Below, piece by piece: positions 1 through 12,600 of a stretch of 64,000 bases of DNA (the first letter of the stretch is position 1; every line of letters starts with the position of its first letter). The notes under the pieces were generated by a model. It worked only from the letters and a program-made list of their open reading frames with translations, was not told where the DNA came from and ran no database searches. The DNA is from Auanema rhodensis. Lineage: Eukaryota > Animalia > Nematoda. The position numbers were made by a program, and so were the translations under genes. The stretch is taken from positions 1,922,001 through 1,986,000 of the forward strand of contig OZ059895.1 of the NCBI GenBank assembly GCA_964057225.1, read 5' to 3'.

Positions 1-39
1 GAATAACATTGTCCATCGTCTTTGCCTTGAAAAATGGAA

Positions 40-111
40 TCTAAAAACATCTACTTTTTGCTAAATTATTTTGAAATTTTTCGAAAAAATTTTTGTCAAA
101 ATGTTTTTGGA
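40..111. repeat. Nested imperfect inverted repeat and A-tract region (present in every monomer)
   Basis: AAAAACAT (43-50) pairs with ATGTTTTT (101-108). ATTTTGA (68-74) pairs with TCAAAAT (96-102). The central palindrome is TTTTTCGAAAAA (77-88). Confidence 0.75.
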
Positions 112-115
112 AGCA

Positions 116-143
116 ATGTTGAGTGTACATGGAAACTCAACAT
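116..143. repeat. Perfect 9-bp inverted repeat with 10-nt spacer (every monomer)
   Basis: ATGTTGAGT (116-124) and ACTCAACAT (135-143) are exact reverse complements. Confidence 0.92.
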
Positions 144-226
144 ACACTAATGCATCATTTTTCAAACGATCATAACTAATTTTTGTATTAAGCTTTTCTC
201 AATGTAGTATAGTGCATTCGATGCGG

Positions 227-277
227 ATTTTTAAGCTGCGTCGATCTGTGTTATCAGATTTGCGCTAGCTTAAAAAT
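227..277. repeat. Long inverted repeat: 11-bp perfect outer stem plus inner stems (every monomer)
   Basis: ATTTTTAAGCT (227-237) pairs with AGCTTAAAAAT (267-277), GCG (238-240) with CGC (263-265), and ATCTG (244-248) with CAGAT (255-259). The loop is TGTTAT. Confidence 0.92.
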
Positions 278-281
278 GCAC

Positions 282-320
282 CGAGATATCAACTGATATA
301 AGTTTACACTTATATCCTCG
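282..320. repeat. Perfect 9-bp inverted repeat with 4-nt loop, plus outer CGAG/CTCG pair (every monomer)
   Basis: GATATAAGT (295-303) pairs with ACTTATATC (308-316), and CGAG (282-285) with CTCG (317-320). Confidence 0.9.
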
Positions 321-1053
321 ATTTTCACCCTGAAGAATTAATTTTTTCGTTGAATAACATCGTCCATCGTCTTTGCCTTGAAAAATGGAATCTAAAAACA
401 TCTACTTTTTGCTAAATTATTTTGAAATTTTTCGAAAAAATTTTTGTCAAAATGTTTTTGGAAGCAATGTTGAGTGTACGTGGAAACTCAACATACACTA
501 ATGCATCATTTTTCAAACGATCATAACTAATTTTCGTATTAAGCGTTTCTCAATGTTGTATAGTGCATTCGATGCGGATTTTTAAGCTGCGTCGATCTGT
601 GTTATCAGATTTGCGCTAGCTTAAAAATGCACCGAGATATCAACTGATATAAGTTCACACTTATATCCTCGATTTTCACCCTGAAGAATTAATTTTTTCG
701 TTGAATAACATTGTCCATCGTCTTTGCCTTGAAAAAAGGAATCTAAAAACATCTACTTTTTGCTAAATTATTTTGAAATTTTTCGAAAAAATTTTTGTCA
801 AAATGTTTTTGGAAGCAATGTTGAGTGTACATGGAAACTCAACATACACTAATGCATCATTTTTCAAACGATCATAACTAATTTTTGTATTAAGCGTTTC
901 TCAATGTTGTATAGTGCATTCGATGCGGATTTTTAAGCTGCGTCGATCTGTGTTATCAGATTTGCGCTAGCTTAACAATGCACCGAGATATCAACTGATA
1001 TAAGTTCACACTTATATCCTCGATTTTCACCCTGAAGAATTAATTTTTTCGTT

Positions 1054-4000
1054 GAATAACATTGTCCATCGTCTTTGCCTTGAAAAATGGAATCTACAAA
1101 CATCTACTTTTTGCTAAATTATTTTGAAATTTTTCGAAAAAATTTTTGTCAAAATGTTTTTGGAAGCAATGTTGAGTGTACATGGAAACTCAACATACAC
1201 TAATGCATCATTTTTCAAACGATTATAACTAATTTTTGTATTAAGCTTTTCTCAATGTAGTATAGTGCATTCGATGCGGATTTATAAGCTGCGTCGATCT
1301 GTGTTATCAGATTTGCGCTAGCTTAAAAATGCACCGAGATATCAACTGATATAAGTTCACACTTATATCCTCGATTTTCACCCTGAAGAATTAATTTTTT
1401 CGTTGAATAACATCGTCCATCGTCTTTGCCTTGAAAAATGGAATCTAAAAACATCTACTTTTTGCTAAATTATTTTGAAATTTTTCGAAAAAATTTTTGT
1501 CAAAATGTTTTTGGAAGCAATGTTGAGTGTACATGGAAACTCAACATACACTAATGCATCATTTTTCAAACGATCATAACTAATTTTTGTATTAAGCTTT
1601 TCTCAATGTAGTATAGTGCATTCGATGCGGATTTTTAAGCTGCGTCGATCTGTGTTATCAGATTTGCGCTAGCTTAAAAATGCACCGAGATATCAACTGA
1701 TATAAGTTTACACTTATATCCTCGATTTTCACCCTGAAGAATTAATTTTTTCGTTGAATAACATCGTCCATCGTCTTTGCCTTGAAAAATGGAATCTAAA
1801 AACATCTACTTTTTGCTAAATTATTTTGAAATTTTTCGAAAAAATTTTTGTCAAAATGTTTTTGGAAGCAATGTTGAGTGTACGTGGAAACTCAACATAC
1901 ACTAATGCATCATTTTTCAAACGATCATAACTAATTTTTGTATTAAGCTTTTCTCAATGTAGTATAGTGCATTCGATGCGGATTTTTAAGCTGCGTCGAT
2001 CTGTGTTATCAGATTTGCGCTAGCTTAAAAATGCACCGAGATATCAACTGATATAAGTTCACACTTATATCCTCGATTTTCACCCTGAAGAATTAATTTT
2101 TTCGTTGAATAACATTGTCCATCGTCTTTGCCTTGAAAAAAGGAATCTAAAAACATCTACTTTTTGCTAAATTATCTTGCAATTTTTCGAAAAAATTTTT
2201 GTCAAAATGTTTTTGGAAGCAATGTTGAGTGTACATGGAAACTCAACATACACTAATGCATCATTTTTCAAACGATCATAACTAATTTTTGTATTAAGCG
2301 TTTCTCAATGTAGTATAGTGCATTCGATGCGGATTTTTAAGCTGCGTCGATCTGTGTTATCAGATTTGCGCTAGCTTAAAAATGCACCGAGATATCAACT
2401 GATATAAGTTCACACTTATATCCTCGATTTTCACCCTGAAGAATTAATTTTTTCGTTGAATAACATTGTCCATCGTCTTTGCCTTGAAAAATGGAATCTA
2501 AAAACATCTACTTTTTGCTAAATTATTTTGAAATTTTTCGAAAAAATTTTTGTCAAAATGTTTTTGGAAGCAATGTTGAGTGTACATGGAAACTCAACAT
2601 ACACTAATGCATCATTTTTCAAACGATTATAACTAATTTTTGTAATAAGCTTTTCTCAATGTAGTATAGTGCATTCGATGCGGATTTTTAAGCTGCGTCG
2701 ATCTGTGTTATCAGATTTGCGCTAGCTTAAAAATGCACCGAGATATCAACTGATATAAGTTCACACTTATATCCTCGATTTTCACCCTGAAGAATTAATT
2801 TTTTCGTTGAATAACATTGTCCATCGTCTTTGCCTTGAAAAAAGGAATCTAAAAACATCTACTTTTTGCTAAATTATCTTGCAATTTTTCGAAAAAATTT
2901 TTGTCAAAATGTTTTTGGAAGCAATGTTGAGTGTACATGGAAACTCAACATACACTAATGCATCATTTTTCAAACGATCATAACTAATTTTTGTTTTAAG
3001 CGTTTCTCAATGTAGTATAGTGCATTCGATGCGGATTTTTAAGCTGCGTCGATCTGTGTTATCAGATTTGCGCTAGCTTAAAAATGCACCGAGATATCAA
3101 CTGATATAAGTTCACACTTATATCCTCGATTTTCACCCTGAAGAATTAATTTTTTCGTTGAATAACATTGTCCATCGTCTTTGCCTTGAAAAATGGAATC
3201 TAAAAACATCTACTTTTTGCTAAATTATTTTGAAATTTTTCGAAAAAATTTTTGTCAAAATGTTTTTGGAAGCAATGTTGAGTGTACATGGAAACTCAAC
3301 ATACACTAATGCATCATTTTTCAAACGATTATAACTAATTTTTGTAATAAGCTTTTCTCAATGTAGTATAGTGCATTCCATGCGGATTTTTAAGCTGCGT
3401 CGATCTGTGTTATCAGATTTGCGCTAGCTTAAAAATGCACCGAGATATCAACTGATATAAGTTTACACTTATATCCTCGATTTTCACCCTGAAGAATTAA
3501 TTTTTTCGTTGAATAACATCGTCCATCGTCTTTGCCTTGAAAAATGGAATCTAAAAACATCTACTTTTTGCTAAATTATTTTGAAATTTTTCGAAAAAAT
3601 TTTTGTCAAAATGTTTTTGGAAGCAATGTTGAGTGTACGTGGAAACTCAACATACACTAATGCATCATTTTTCAAACGATCATAACTAATTTTTGTATTA
3701 AGTTTTTCTCAATGTAGTATAGTGCATTCGATGCGGATTTTTAAGCTGCGTCGATCTGTGTTATCAGATTTGCGCTAGCTTAAAAATGCACCGAGATATC
3801 AACTGATATAAGTTTACACTTATATCCTCGATTTTCACCCTGAAGAATTAATTTTTTCGTTGAATAACATCGTCCATCGTCTTTGCCTTGAAAAATGGAA
3901 TCTAAAAACATCTACTTTTTGCTAAATTATTTTGAAATTTTTCGAAAAAATTTTTGTCAAAATGTTTTTGGAAGCAATGTTGAGTGTACGTGGAAACTCA

Positions 4001-6669
4001 ACATACACTAATGCATCATTTTTCAAACGATCATAACTAATTTTTGTATTAAGCTTTTCTCAATGTAGTATAGTGCATTCGATGCGGATTTTTAAGCTGC
4101 GTCGATCTGTGTTATCAGATTTGCGCTAGCTTAAAAATGCACCGAGATATCAACTGATATAAGTTCACACTTATATCCTCGATTTTCACCCTGAAGAATT
4201 AATTTTTTCGTTGAATAACATTGTCCATCGTCTTTGCCTTGAAAAAAGGAATCTAAAAACATCTACTTTTTGCTAAATTATTTTGAAATTTTTCGAAAAA
4301 ATTTTTGTCAAAATGTTTTTGGAAGCAATGTTGAGTGTACATGGAAACTCAACATACACTAATGCATCATTTTTCAAACGATCATAACTAATTTTTGTAT
4401 TAAGCGTTTCTCAATGTAGTATAGTGCATTCGATGCGGATTTTTAAGCTGCGTCGATCTGTGTTATCAGATTTGCGCTAGCTTAAAAATGCACCGAGATA
4501 TCAACTGATATAAGTTCACACTTATATCCTCGATTTTCACCCTGAAGAATTAATTTTTTCGTTGAATAACATTGTCCATCGTCTTTGCCTTGAAAAAAGG
4601 AATCTAAAAACATCTACTTTTTGCTAAATTATTTTGAAATTTTTCGAAAAAATTTTTGTCAAAATGTTTTTGGAAGCAATGTTGAGTGTACATGGAAACT
4701 CAACATACACTAATGCATCATTTTTCAAACGATCATAACTAATTTTTGTATTAAGCGTTTTTCAATGTAGTATAGTGCATTCGATGCGGATTTTTAAGCT
4801 GCGTCGATCTGTGTTATCAGATTCGCGCTAGCTTAACAATGCACCGAGATATCAACTGATATAAGTTCACACTTATATCCTCGATTTTCACCCTGAAGAA
4901 TTAATTTTTTCGTTGAATAACATTGTCCATCGTCTTTGCCTTGAAAAAAGGAATCTAAAAACATCTACTTTTTGCTAAATTATTTTGAAATTTTTCGAAA
5001 AAATTTTTGTCAAAATGTTTTTGGAAGCAATGTTGAGTGTACATGGAAACTCAACATACACTAATGCATCATTTTTCAAACGATCATAACTAATTTTTGT
5101 ATTAAGCGTTTTTCAATGTAGTATAGTGCATTCGATGCGGATTTATAAGCTGCGTCGATCTGTGTTATCAGATTTGCGCTAGCTTAAAAATGCACCGAGA
5201 TATCAACTGATATAAGTTCACACTTATATCCTCGATTTTCACCCTGAAGAATTAATTTTTTCGTTGAATAACATCGTCCATCGTCTTTGCCTTGAAAAAT
5301 GGAATCTAAAAACATCTACTTTTTGCTAAATTATTTTGAAATTTTTCGAAAAAATTTTTGTCAAAATGTTTTTGGAAGCAATGTTGAGTGTACATGGAAA
5401 CTCAACATACACTAATGCATCATTTTTCAAACGATCATAACTAATTTTTGTATTAAGCTTTTCTCAATGTAGTATAGTGCATTCGATGCGGATTTTTAAG
5501 CTGCGTCGATCTGTGTTATCAGATTTGCGCTAGATTAAAAATGCACCGAGATATCAACTGATATAAGTTTACACTTATATCCTCGATTTTCACCCTGAAG
5601 AATTAATTTTTTCGTTGAATAACATCGTCCATCGTCTTTGCCTTGAAAAATGGAATCTAAAAACATCTACTTTTTGCTAAATTATTTTGAAATTTTTCGA
5701 AAAAATTTTTGTCAAAATGTTTTTGGAAGCAATGTTGAGTGTACGTGGAAACTCAACATACACTAATGCATCATTTTTCAAACGATCATAACTAATTTTT
5801 GTATTAAGCTTTTCTCAATGTAGTATAGTGCATTCGATGCGGATTTTTAAGCTGCGTCGATCTGTGTTATCAGATTTGCGCTAGCTTAACAATGCACCGA
5901 GATATCAACTGATATAAGTTCACACTTATATCCTCGATTTTCACCCTGAAGAATTAATTTTTTCGTTGAAAAACATTGTCCATCGTCTTTGCCTTGAAAA
6001 AAGGAATCTAAAAACATCTACTTTTTGCTAAATTATCTTGAAATTTTTCGAAAAAATTTTTGTCAAAATGTTTTTGGAAGCAATGTTGAGTGTACATGGA
6101 AACTCAACATACACTAATGCATCATTTTTCAAACGATCATAACTAATTTTTGTATTAAGCGTTTCTCAATGTAGTATAGTGCATTCGATGCGGATTTTTA
6201 AGCTGCGTCGATCTGTGTTATCAGATTTGCGCTAGCTTAAAAATGCACCGAGATATCAACTGATATAAGTTCACACTTATATCCTCGATTTTCACCCTGA
6301 AGAATTAATTTTTTCGTTGAATAACATTGTCCATCGTCTTTGCCTTGAAAAATGGAATCTAAAAACATCTACTTTTTGCTAAATTATTTTGAAATTTTTC
6401 GAAAAAATTTTTGTCAAAATGTTTTTGGAAGCAATGTTGAGTGTACATGGAAACTCAACATACACTAATGCATCATTTTTCAAACGATTATAACTAATTT
6501 TTGTAATAAGCTTTTCTCAATGTAGTATAGTGCATTCGATGCGGATTTTTAAGCTGCGTCGATCTGTGTTATCAGATTTGCGCTAGCTTAAAAATGCACC
6601 GAGATATCAACTGATATAAGTTCACACTTATATCCTCGATTTTCACCCTGAAGAATTAATTTTTTCGTT
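1054..6669. repeat. Duplication at 11-monomer (3861-bp) offset: monomers 4-8 match 15-19
   Basis: T231A occurs at 1284 and 5145, and T70C at 2176 and 6037. The flanking variants (C305T, T10C+A129G, T35A, C171T+T188A) are in the same order. Confidence 0.75.
2107..3510. repeat. Tandem dimer duplication (monomers 7-8 = 9-10)
   Basis: The private pair T70C+A74C occurs at 2176/2180 and 2878/2882 (702-bp offset). Each is followed by a C171T+T188A monomer. Confidence 0.85.
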
Positions 6670-9600
6670 GAATAACATTGTCCATCGTCTTTGCCTTGAA
6701 AAATGGAATCTAAAAACATCTACTTTTTGCTAAATTGTTTTGAAATTTTTCGAAAAAATTTTTGTCAAAATGTTTTTGGAAGCAATGTTGAGTGTACATG
6801 GAAACTCAACATACACTAATGCATCATTTTTCAAACGATCATAACTAATTTTTGTATTAAGCGTTTTTCAATGTAGTATAGTGCATTCGATGCGGATTTT
6901 TAAGCTGCGTCGATCTGTGTTATCAGATTTGCGCTAGCTTAACAATGCACCGAGATATCAACTGATATAAGTTCACACTTATATCCTCGATTTTCACCCT
7001 GAAGAATTAATTTTTTCGTTGAATAACATTGTCCATCGTCTTTGCCTTGAAAAATGGAATCTAAAAACATCTACTTTTTGCTAAATTATTTTGAAATTTT
7101 TCGAAAAAATTTTTGTCAAAATGTTTTTGGAAGCAATGTTGAGTGTACATGGAAACTCAACATACACTAATGCATCATTTTTCAAACGATTATAACTAAT
7201 TTTTGTATTAAGCTTTTCTCAATGTAGTATAGTGCATTCGATGCGGATTTTTAAGCTGCGTCGATCTGTGTTATCAGATTTGCGCTAGCTTAAAAATGCT
7301 CCGAGATATCAACTGATATAAGTTCACACTTATATCCTCGATTTTCACCCTGAAGAATTAATTTTTTCGTTGAATAACATTGTCCATCGTCTTTGCCTTG
7401 AAAAATGGAATCTAAAAACATCTACTTTTTGCTAAATTATTTTGAAATTTTTCGAAAAAATTTTTGTCAAAATGTTTTTGGAAGCAATGTTGAGTGTACA
7501 TGGAAACTCAACATACACTAATGCATCATTTTTCAAACGATTATAACTAATTTTTGTATTAAGCTTTTCTCAATGTAGTATAGTGCATTCGATGCGGATT
7601 TTTAAGCTGCGTCGATCTGTGTTATCAGATTTGCGCTAGCTTAAAAATGCACCGAGATATCAACTGATATAAGTTCACACTTATATCCTCGATTTTCACC
7701 CTGAAGAATTAATTTTTTCGTTGAATAACATTGTCCATCGTCTTTGCCTTGAAAAATGGAATCTAAAAACATCTACTTTTTGCTAAATTATTTTGAAATT
7801 TTTCGAAAAAATTTTTGTCAAAATGTTTTTGGAAGCAATGTTGAGTGTACATGGAAACTCAACATACACTAATGCATCATTTTTCAAACGATCATAACTA
7901 ATTTTTGTATTAAGCTTTTCTCAATGTAGTATAGTGCATTCGATGCGGATTTTTAAGCTGCGTCGATCTGTGTTATCAGATTTGCGCTAGCTTAAAAATG
8001 CACCGAGATATCAACTGATATAAGTTCACACTTATATCCTCGATTTTCACCCTGAAGAATTAATTTTTTCGTTGAATAACATCGTCCATCGTCTTTGCCT
8101 CGAAAAATGGAATCTAAAAACATCTACTTTTTGCTAAATTATTTTGAAATTTTTCGAAAAAATTTTTGTCAAAATGTTTTTGGAAGCAATGTTGAGTGTA
8201 CATGGAAACTCAACATACACTAATGCATCATTTTTCAAACGATCATAACTAATTTTTGTATAAAGCTTTTCTCAATGTAGTATAGTGCATTCGATGCGGA
8301 TTTTTAAGCTGCGTCGATCTGTGTTATCAGATTTGCGCTAGCTTAACAATGCACCGAGATATCAACTGATATAAGTTCACACTTATATCCTCGATTTTCA
8401 CCCTGAAGAATTAATTTTTTCGTTGAATAACATTGTCCATCGTCTTTGCCTTGAAAAATGGAATCTAAAAACATCTACTTTTTGCTAAATTATTTTGAAA
8501 TTTTTCGAAAAAATTTTTGTCAAAATGTTTTTGGAAGCAATGTTGAGTGTACATGGAAACTCAACATACACTAATGCATCATTTTTCGAACGATCATAAC
8601 TAATTTTTGTATTAAGCGTTTTTCAATGTAGTATAGTGCATTCGATGCGGATTTTTAAGCTGCGTCGATCTGTGTTATCAGATTTGCGCTAGCTTAACAA
8701 TGCACCGAGATATCAACTGATATAAGTTCACACTTATATCCTCGATTTTCACCCTGAAGAATTAATTTTTTCGTTGAATAACATTGTCCATCGTCTTTGC
8801 CTTGAAAAATGGAATCTAAAAACATCTACTTTTTGCTAAATTATTTTGAAATTTTTCGAAAAAATTTTTGTCAAAATGTTTTTGGAAGCAATGTTGAGTG
8901 TACATGGAAACTCAACATACACTAATGCATCATTTTTCAAACGATCATAACTAATTTTTGTATTAAGCTTTTCTCAATGTAGTATAGTGCATTCGATGCG
9001 GATTTTTAAGCTGCGTCGATCTGTGTTATCAGATTTACGCTAGCTTAAAAATGCACCGAGATATCAACTGATATAAGTTCACACTTATATCCTCGATTTT
9101 CACCCTGAAGAATTAATTTTTTCGTTGAATAACATCGTCCATCGTCTTTGCCTTGAAAAATGGAATCTAAAAACATCTACTTTTTGCTAAATTATTTTGA
9201 AATTTTTCGAAAAAATTTTTGTCAAAATGTTTTTGGAAGCAATGTTGAGTGTACATGGAAACTCAACATACACTAATGCATCATTTTTCAAACGATTATA
9301 ACTAATTTTTGTATTAAGCTTTTCTCAATGTAGTATAGTGCATTCGATGCGGATTTTTAAGCTGCGTCGATCTTTGTTATCAGATTTGCGCTAGCTTAAA
9401 AATGCACCGAGATATCAACTGATATAAGTTCACACTTATATCCTCGATTTTCACCCTGAAGAATTAATTTTTTCGTTGAATAACATTGTCCATCGTCTTT
9501 GCCTTGAAAAAAGGAATCTAAAAACATCTACTTTTTGCTAAATTATTTTAAAATTTTTCGAAAAAATTTTTGTCAAAATGTTTTTGGAAGCAATGTTGAG

Positions 9601-12600
9601 TGTACATGGAAACTCAACATACACTAATGCATCATTTTTCAAACGATCATAACTAATTTTTGTATTAAGCGTTTTTCAATGTAGTATAGTGCATTCGATG
9701 CGGATTTTTAAGCTGCGTCGATCTGTGTTATCAGATTTGCGCTAGCTTAACAATGCACCGAGATATCAACTGATATAAGTTCACACTTATATCCTCGATT
9801 TTCACCCTGAAGAATTAATTTTTTCGTTGAATAACATTGTCCATCGTCTTTGCCTTGAAAAATGGAATCTAAAAACATCTACTTTTTGCTAAATTATTTT
9901 GAAATTTTTCGAAAAAATTTTTGTCAAAATGTTTTTGGAAGCAATGTTGAGTGTACATGGAAACTCAACATACACTAATGCATCATTTTTCAAACGATCA
10001 TAACTAATTTTTGTATTAAGCGTTTTTCAATGTAGTATAGTGCATTCGATGCGGATTTTTAAGCTGCGTCGATCTGTGTTATCAGATTTGCGCTAGCTTA
10101 ACAATGCACCGAGATATCAACTGATATAAGTTCACACTTATATCCTCGATTTTCACCCTGAAGAATTAATTTTTTCGTTGAATAACATTGTCCATCGTCT
10201 TTGCCTTGAAAAATGGAATCTAAAAACATCTACTTTTTGCTAAATTATTTTGAAATTTTTCGAAAAAATTTTTGTCAAAATGTTTTTGGAAGCAATGTTG
10301 AGTGTACATGGAAACTCAACATACACTAATGCATCATTTTTCAAACGATCATAACTAATTTTTGTATTAAGCTTTTCTCAATGTAGTATAGTGCATTCGA
10401 TGCGGATTTTTAAGCTGCGTCGATCTGTGTTATCAGATTTGCGCTAGCTTAAAAATGCACCGAGATATCAACTGATATAAGTTCACACTTATATCCTCGA
10501 TTTTCACCCTGAAGAATTAATTTTTTCGTTGAATAACATCGTCCATCGTCTTTGCCTTGAAAAATGGAATCTAAAAACATCTACTTTTTGCTAAATTATT
10601 TTGAAATTTTTCGAAAAAATTTTTGTCAAAATGTTTTTGGAAGCAATGTTGAGTGTACATGGAAACTCAACATACACTAATGCATCATTTTTCAAACGAT
10701 TATAACTAATTTTTGTATTAAGCTTTTCTCAATGTAGTATAGTGCATTCGATGCGGATTTTTAAGCTGCGTCGATCTTTGTTATCAGATTTGCGCTAGCT
10801 TAAAAATGCACCGAGATATCAACTGATATAAGTTCACACTTTTATTCTCGATTTTCACCCTGAAGAATTAATTTTTTCGTTGAATAACATTGTCCATCGT
10901 CTTTGCCTTGAAAAATGGAATCTAAAAACATCTACTTTTTGCTAAATTATTTTGAAATTTTTCGAAAAAATTTTTGTCAAAATGTTTTTGGAAGCAATGT
11001 TGAGTGTACATGGAAACTCAACATACACTAATGCATCATTTTTCAAACGATTATAACTAATTTTTGTAATAAGCTTTTCTCAATGTAGTATAGTGCATTC
11101 GATGCGGATTTTTAAGCTGCGTCGATCTGTGTTATCAGATTTGCGCTAGCTTAACAATGCACCGAGATATCAACTGATATAAGTTCACACTTATATCCTC
11201 GATTTTCACCCTGAAGAATTAATTTTTTCGTTGAATAACATTGTCCATCGTCTTTGCCTTGAAAAATGGAATCTAAAAACATCTACTTTTTGCTAAATTA
11301 TTTTGAAATTTTTCGAAAAAATTTTTGTCAAAATGTTTTTGGAAGCAATGTTGAGTGTACATGGAAACTCAACATACACTAATGCATCATTTTTCAAACG
11401 ATCATAACTAATTTTTGTATTAAGCTTTTCTCAATGTAGTATAGTGCATTCGATGCGGATTTTTAAGCTGCGTCGATCTTTGTTATCAGATTTGCGCTAG
11501 CTTAAAAATGCACCGAGATATCAACTGATATAAGTTCACACTTATATCCTCGATTTTCACCCTGAAGAATTAATTTTTTCGTTGAATAACATTGTCCATC
11601 GTCTTTGCCTTGAAAAAAGGAATCTAAAAACATCTACTTTTTGCTAAATTATTTTGAAATTTTTCGAAAAAATTTTTGTCAAAATGTTTTTGGAAGCAAT
11701 GTTGAGTGTACATGGAAACTCAACATACACTAATGCATCATTTTTCAAACGATCATAACTAATTTTTGTATTAAGCGTTTTTTAATGTAGTATAGTGCAT
11801 TCGATGCGGATTTTTAAGCTGCGTCGATCTGTGTTATCAGATTTGCGCTAGCTTAACAATGCACCGAGATATCAACTGATATAAGTTCACACTTATATCC
11901 TCGATTTTCACCCTGAAGAATTAATTTTTTCGTTGAATAACATTGTCCATCGTCTTTGCCTTGAAAAATGGAATCTAAAAACATCTACTTTTTGCTAAAT
12001 TATTTTGAAATTTTTCGAAAAAATTTTTGTCAAAATGTTTTTGGAAGCAATGTTGAGTGTACATGGAAACTCAACATACACTAATGCATCATTTTTCAAA
12101 CGATCATAACTAATTTTTGTATTAAGCGTTTTTCAATGTAGTATAGTGCATTCGATGCGGATTTTTAAGCTGCGTCGATCTGTGTTATCAGATTTGCGCT
12201 AGCTTAACAATGCACCGAGATATCAACTGATATAAGTTCACACTTATATCCTCGATTTTCACCCTGAAGAATTAATTTTTTCGTTAAATAACATTGTCCA
12301 TCGTCTTTGCCTTGAAAAATGGAATCTAAAAACATCTACTTTTTGCTAAATTATTTTGAAATTTTTCGAAAAAATTTTTGTCAAAATGTTTTTGGAAGCA
12401 ATGTTGAGTGTACATGGAAACTCAACATACACTAATGCATCATTTTTCAAACGATTATAACTAATTTTTGTATTAAGCGTTTTTTAATGTAGTATAGTGC
12501 ATTCGATGCGGATTTTTAAGCTGCGTCGATCTGTGTTATCAGATTTGCGCTAGCTTAACAATGCACCGAGATATCAACTGATATAAGTTCACACTTATAT

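Larger units (their letters stand above)
1..351. repeat. Representative 351-bp monomer (arbitrary phase)
   Basis: 108/351 G+C and 11 CpG. Common polymorphic positions are T10C, T35A, A129G, C171T, T188A, T194G (toggles HindIII AAGCTT at 190-195), C198T, A274C, A280T and C305T. Confidence 0.97.

Noticed and set aside
244-268. Helitron-like 3' end (hairpin followed by CTAG) or MITE origin
   Set aside because: The hairpin is weak and CTAG lies within a larger inverted repeat. No element termini or target-site duplications are visible in the window.
212-320. tRNA, 5S rRNA, snRNA or hammerhead ribozyme repeat unit
   Set aside because: I could not identify a cloverleaf, Pol III A/B boxes, or a correctly arranged CTGANGA...GAAA core. 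An Rfam/Infernal scan would be the decisive test.
1-351. Monomer length divisible by 3 (117 codons), suggesting a repetitive protein gene
   Set aside because: The six-frame track shows no ORF crossing monomers, and the longest-looking frame has TAA at 173-175 and TAG at 266-268.
1-351. Membership of the Drosophila 1.688 (359-bp) or other roughly 350-360-bp satellite families
   Set aside because: Only the length and AT-richness are similar. I recognise no diagnostic sequence similarity, so a database search is needed.
1-351. Internal dimer (about 175 bp) or trimer (117 bp) substructure
   Set aside because: Only short AT-rich resemblances are visible (for example 61-75 versus 176-188), with no convincing collinear alignment by eye.
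345-361. CENP-B-box-like motif TTTCGTTGAA
   Set aside because: It matches only the 5' half of YTTCGTTGGAARCGGGA, and the essential CGGG is absent.
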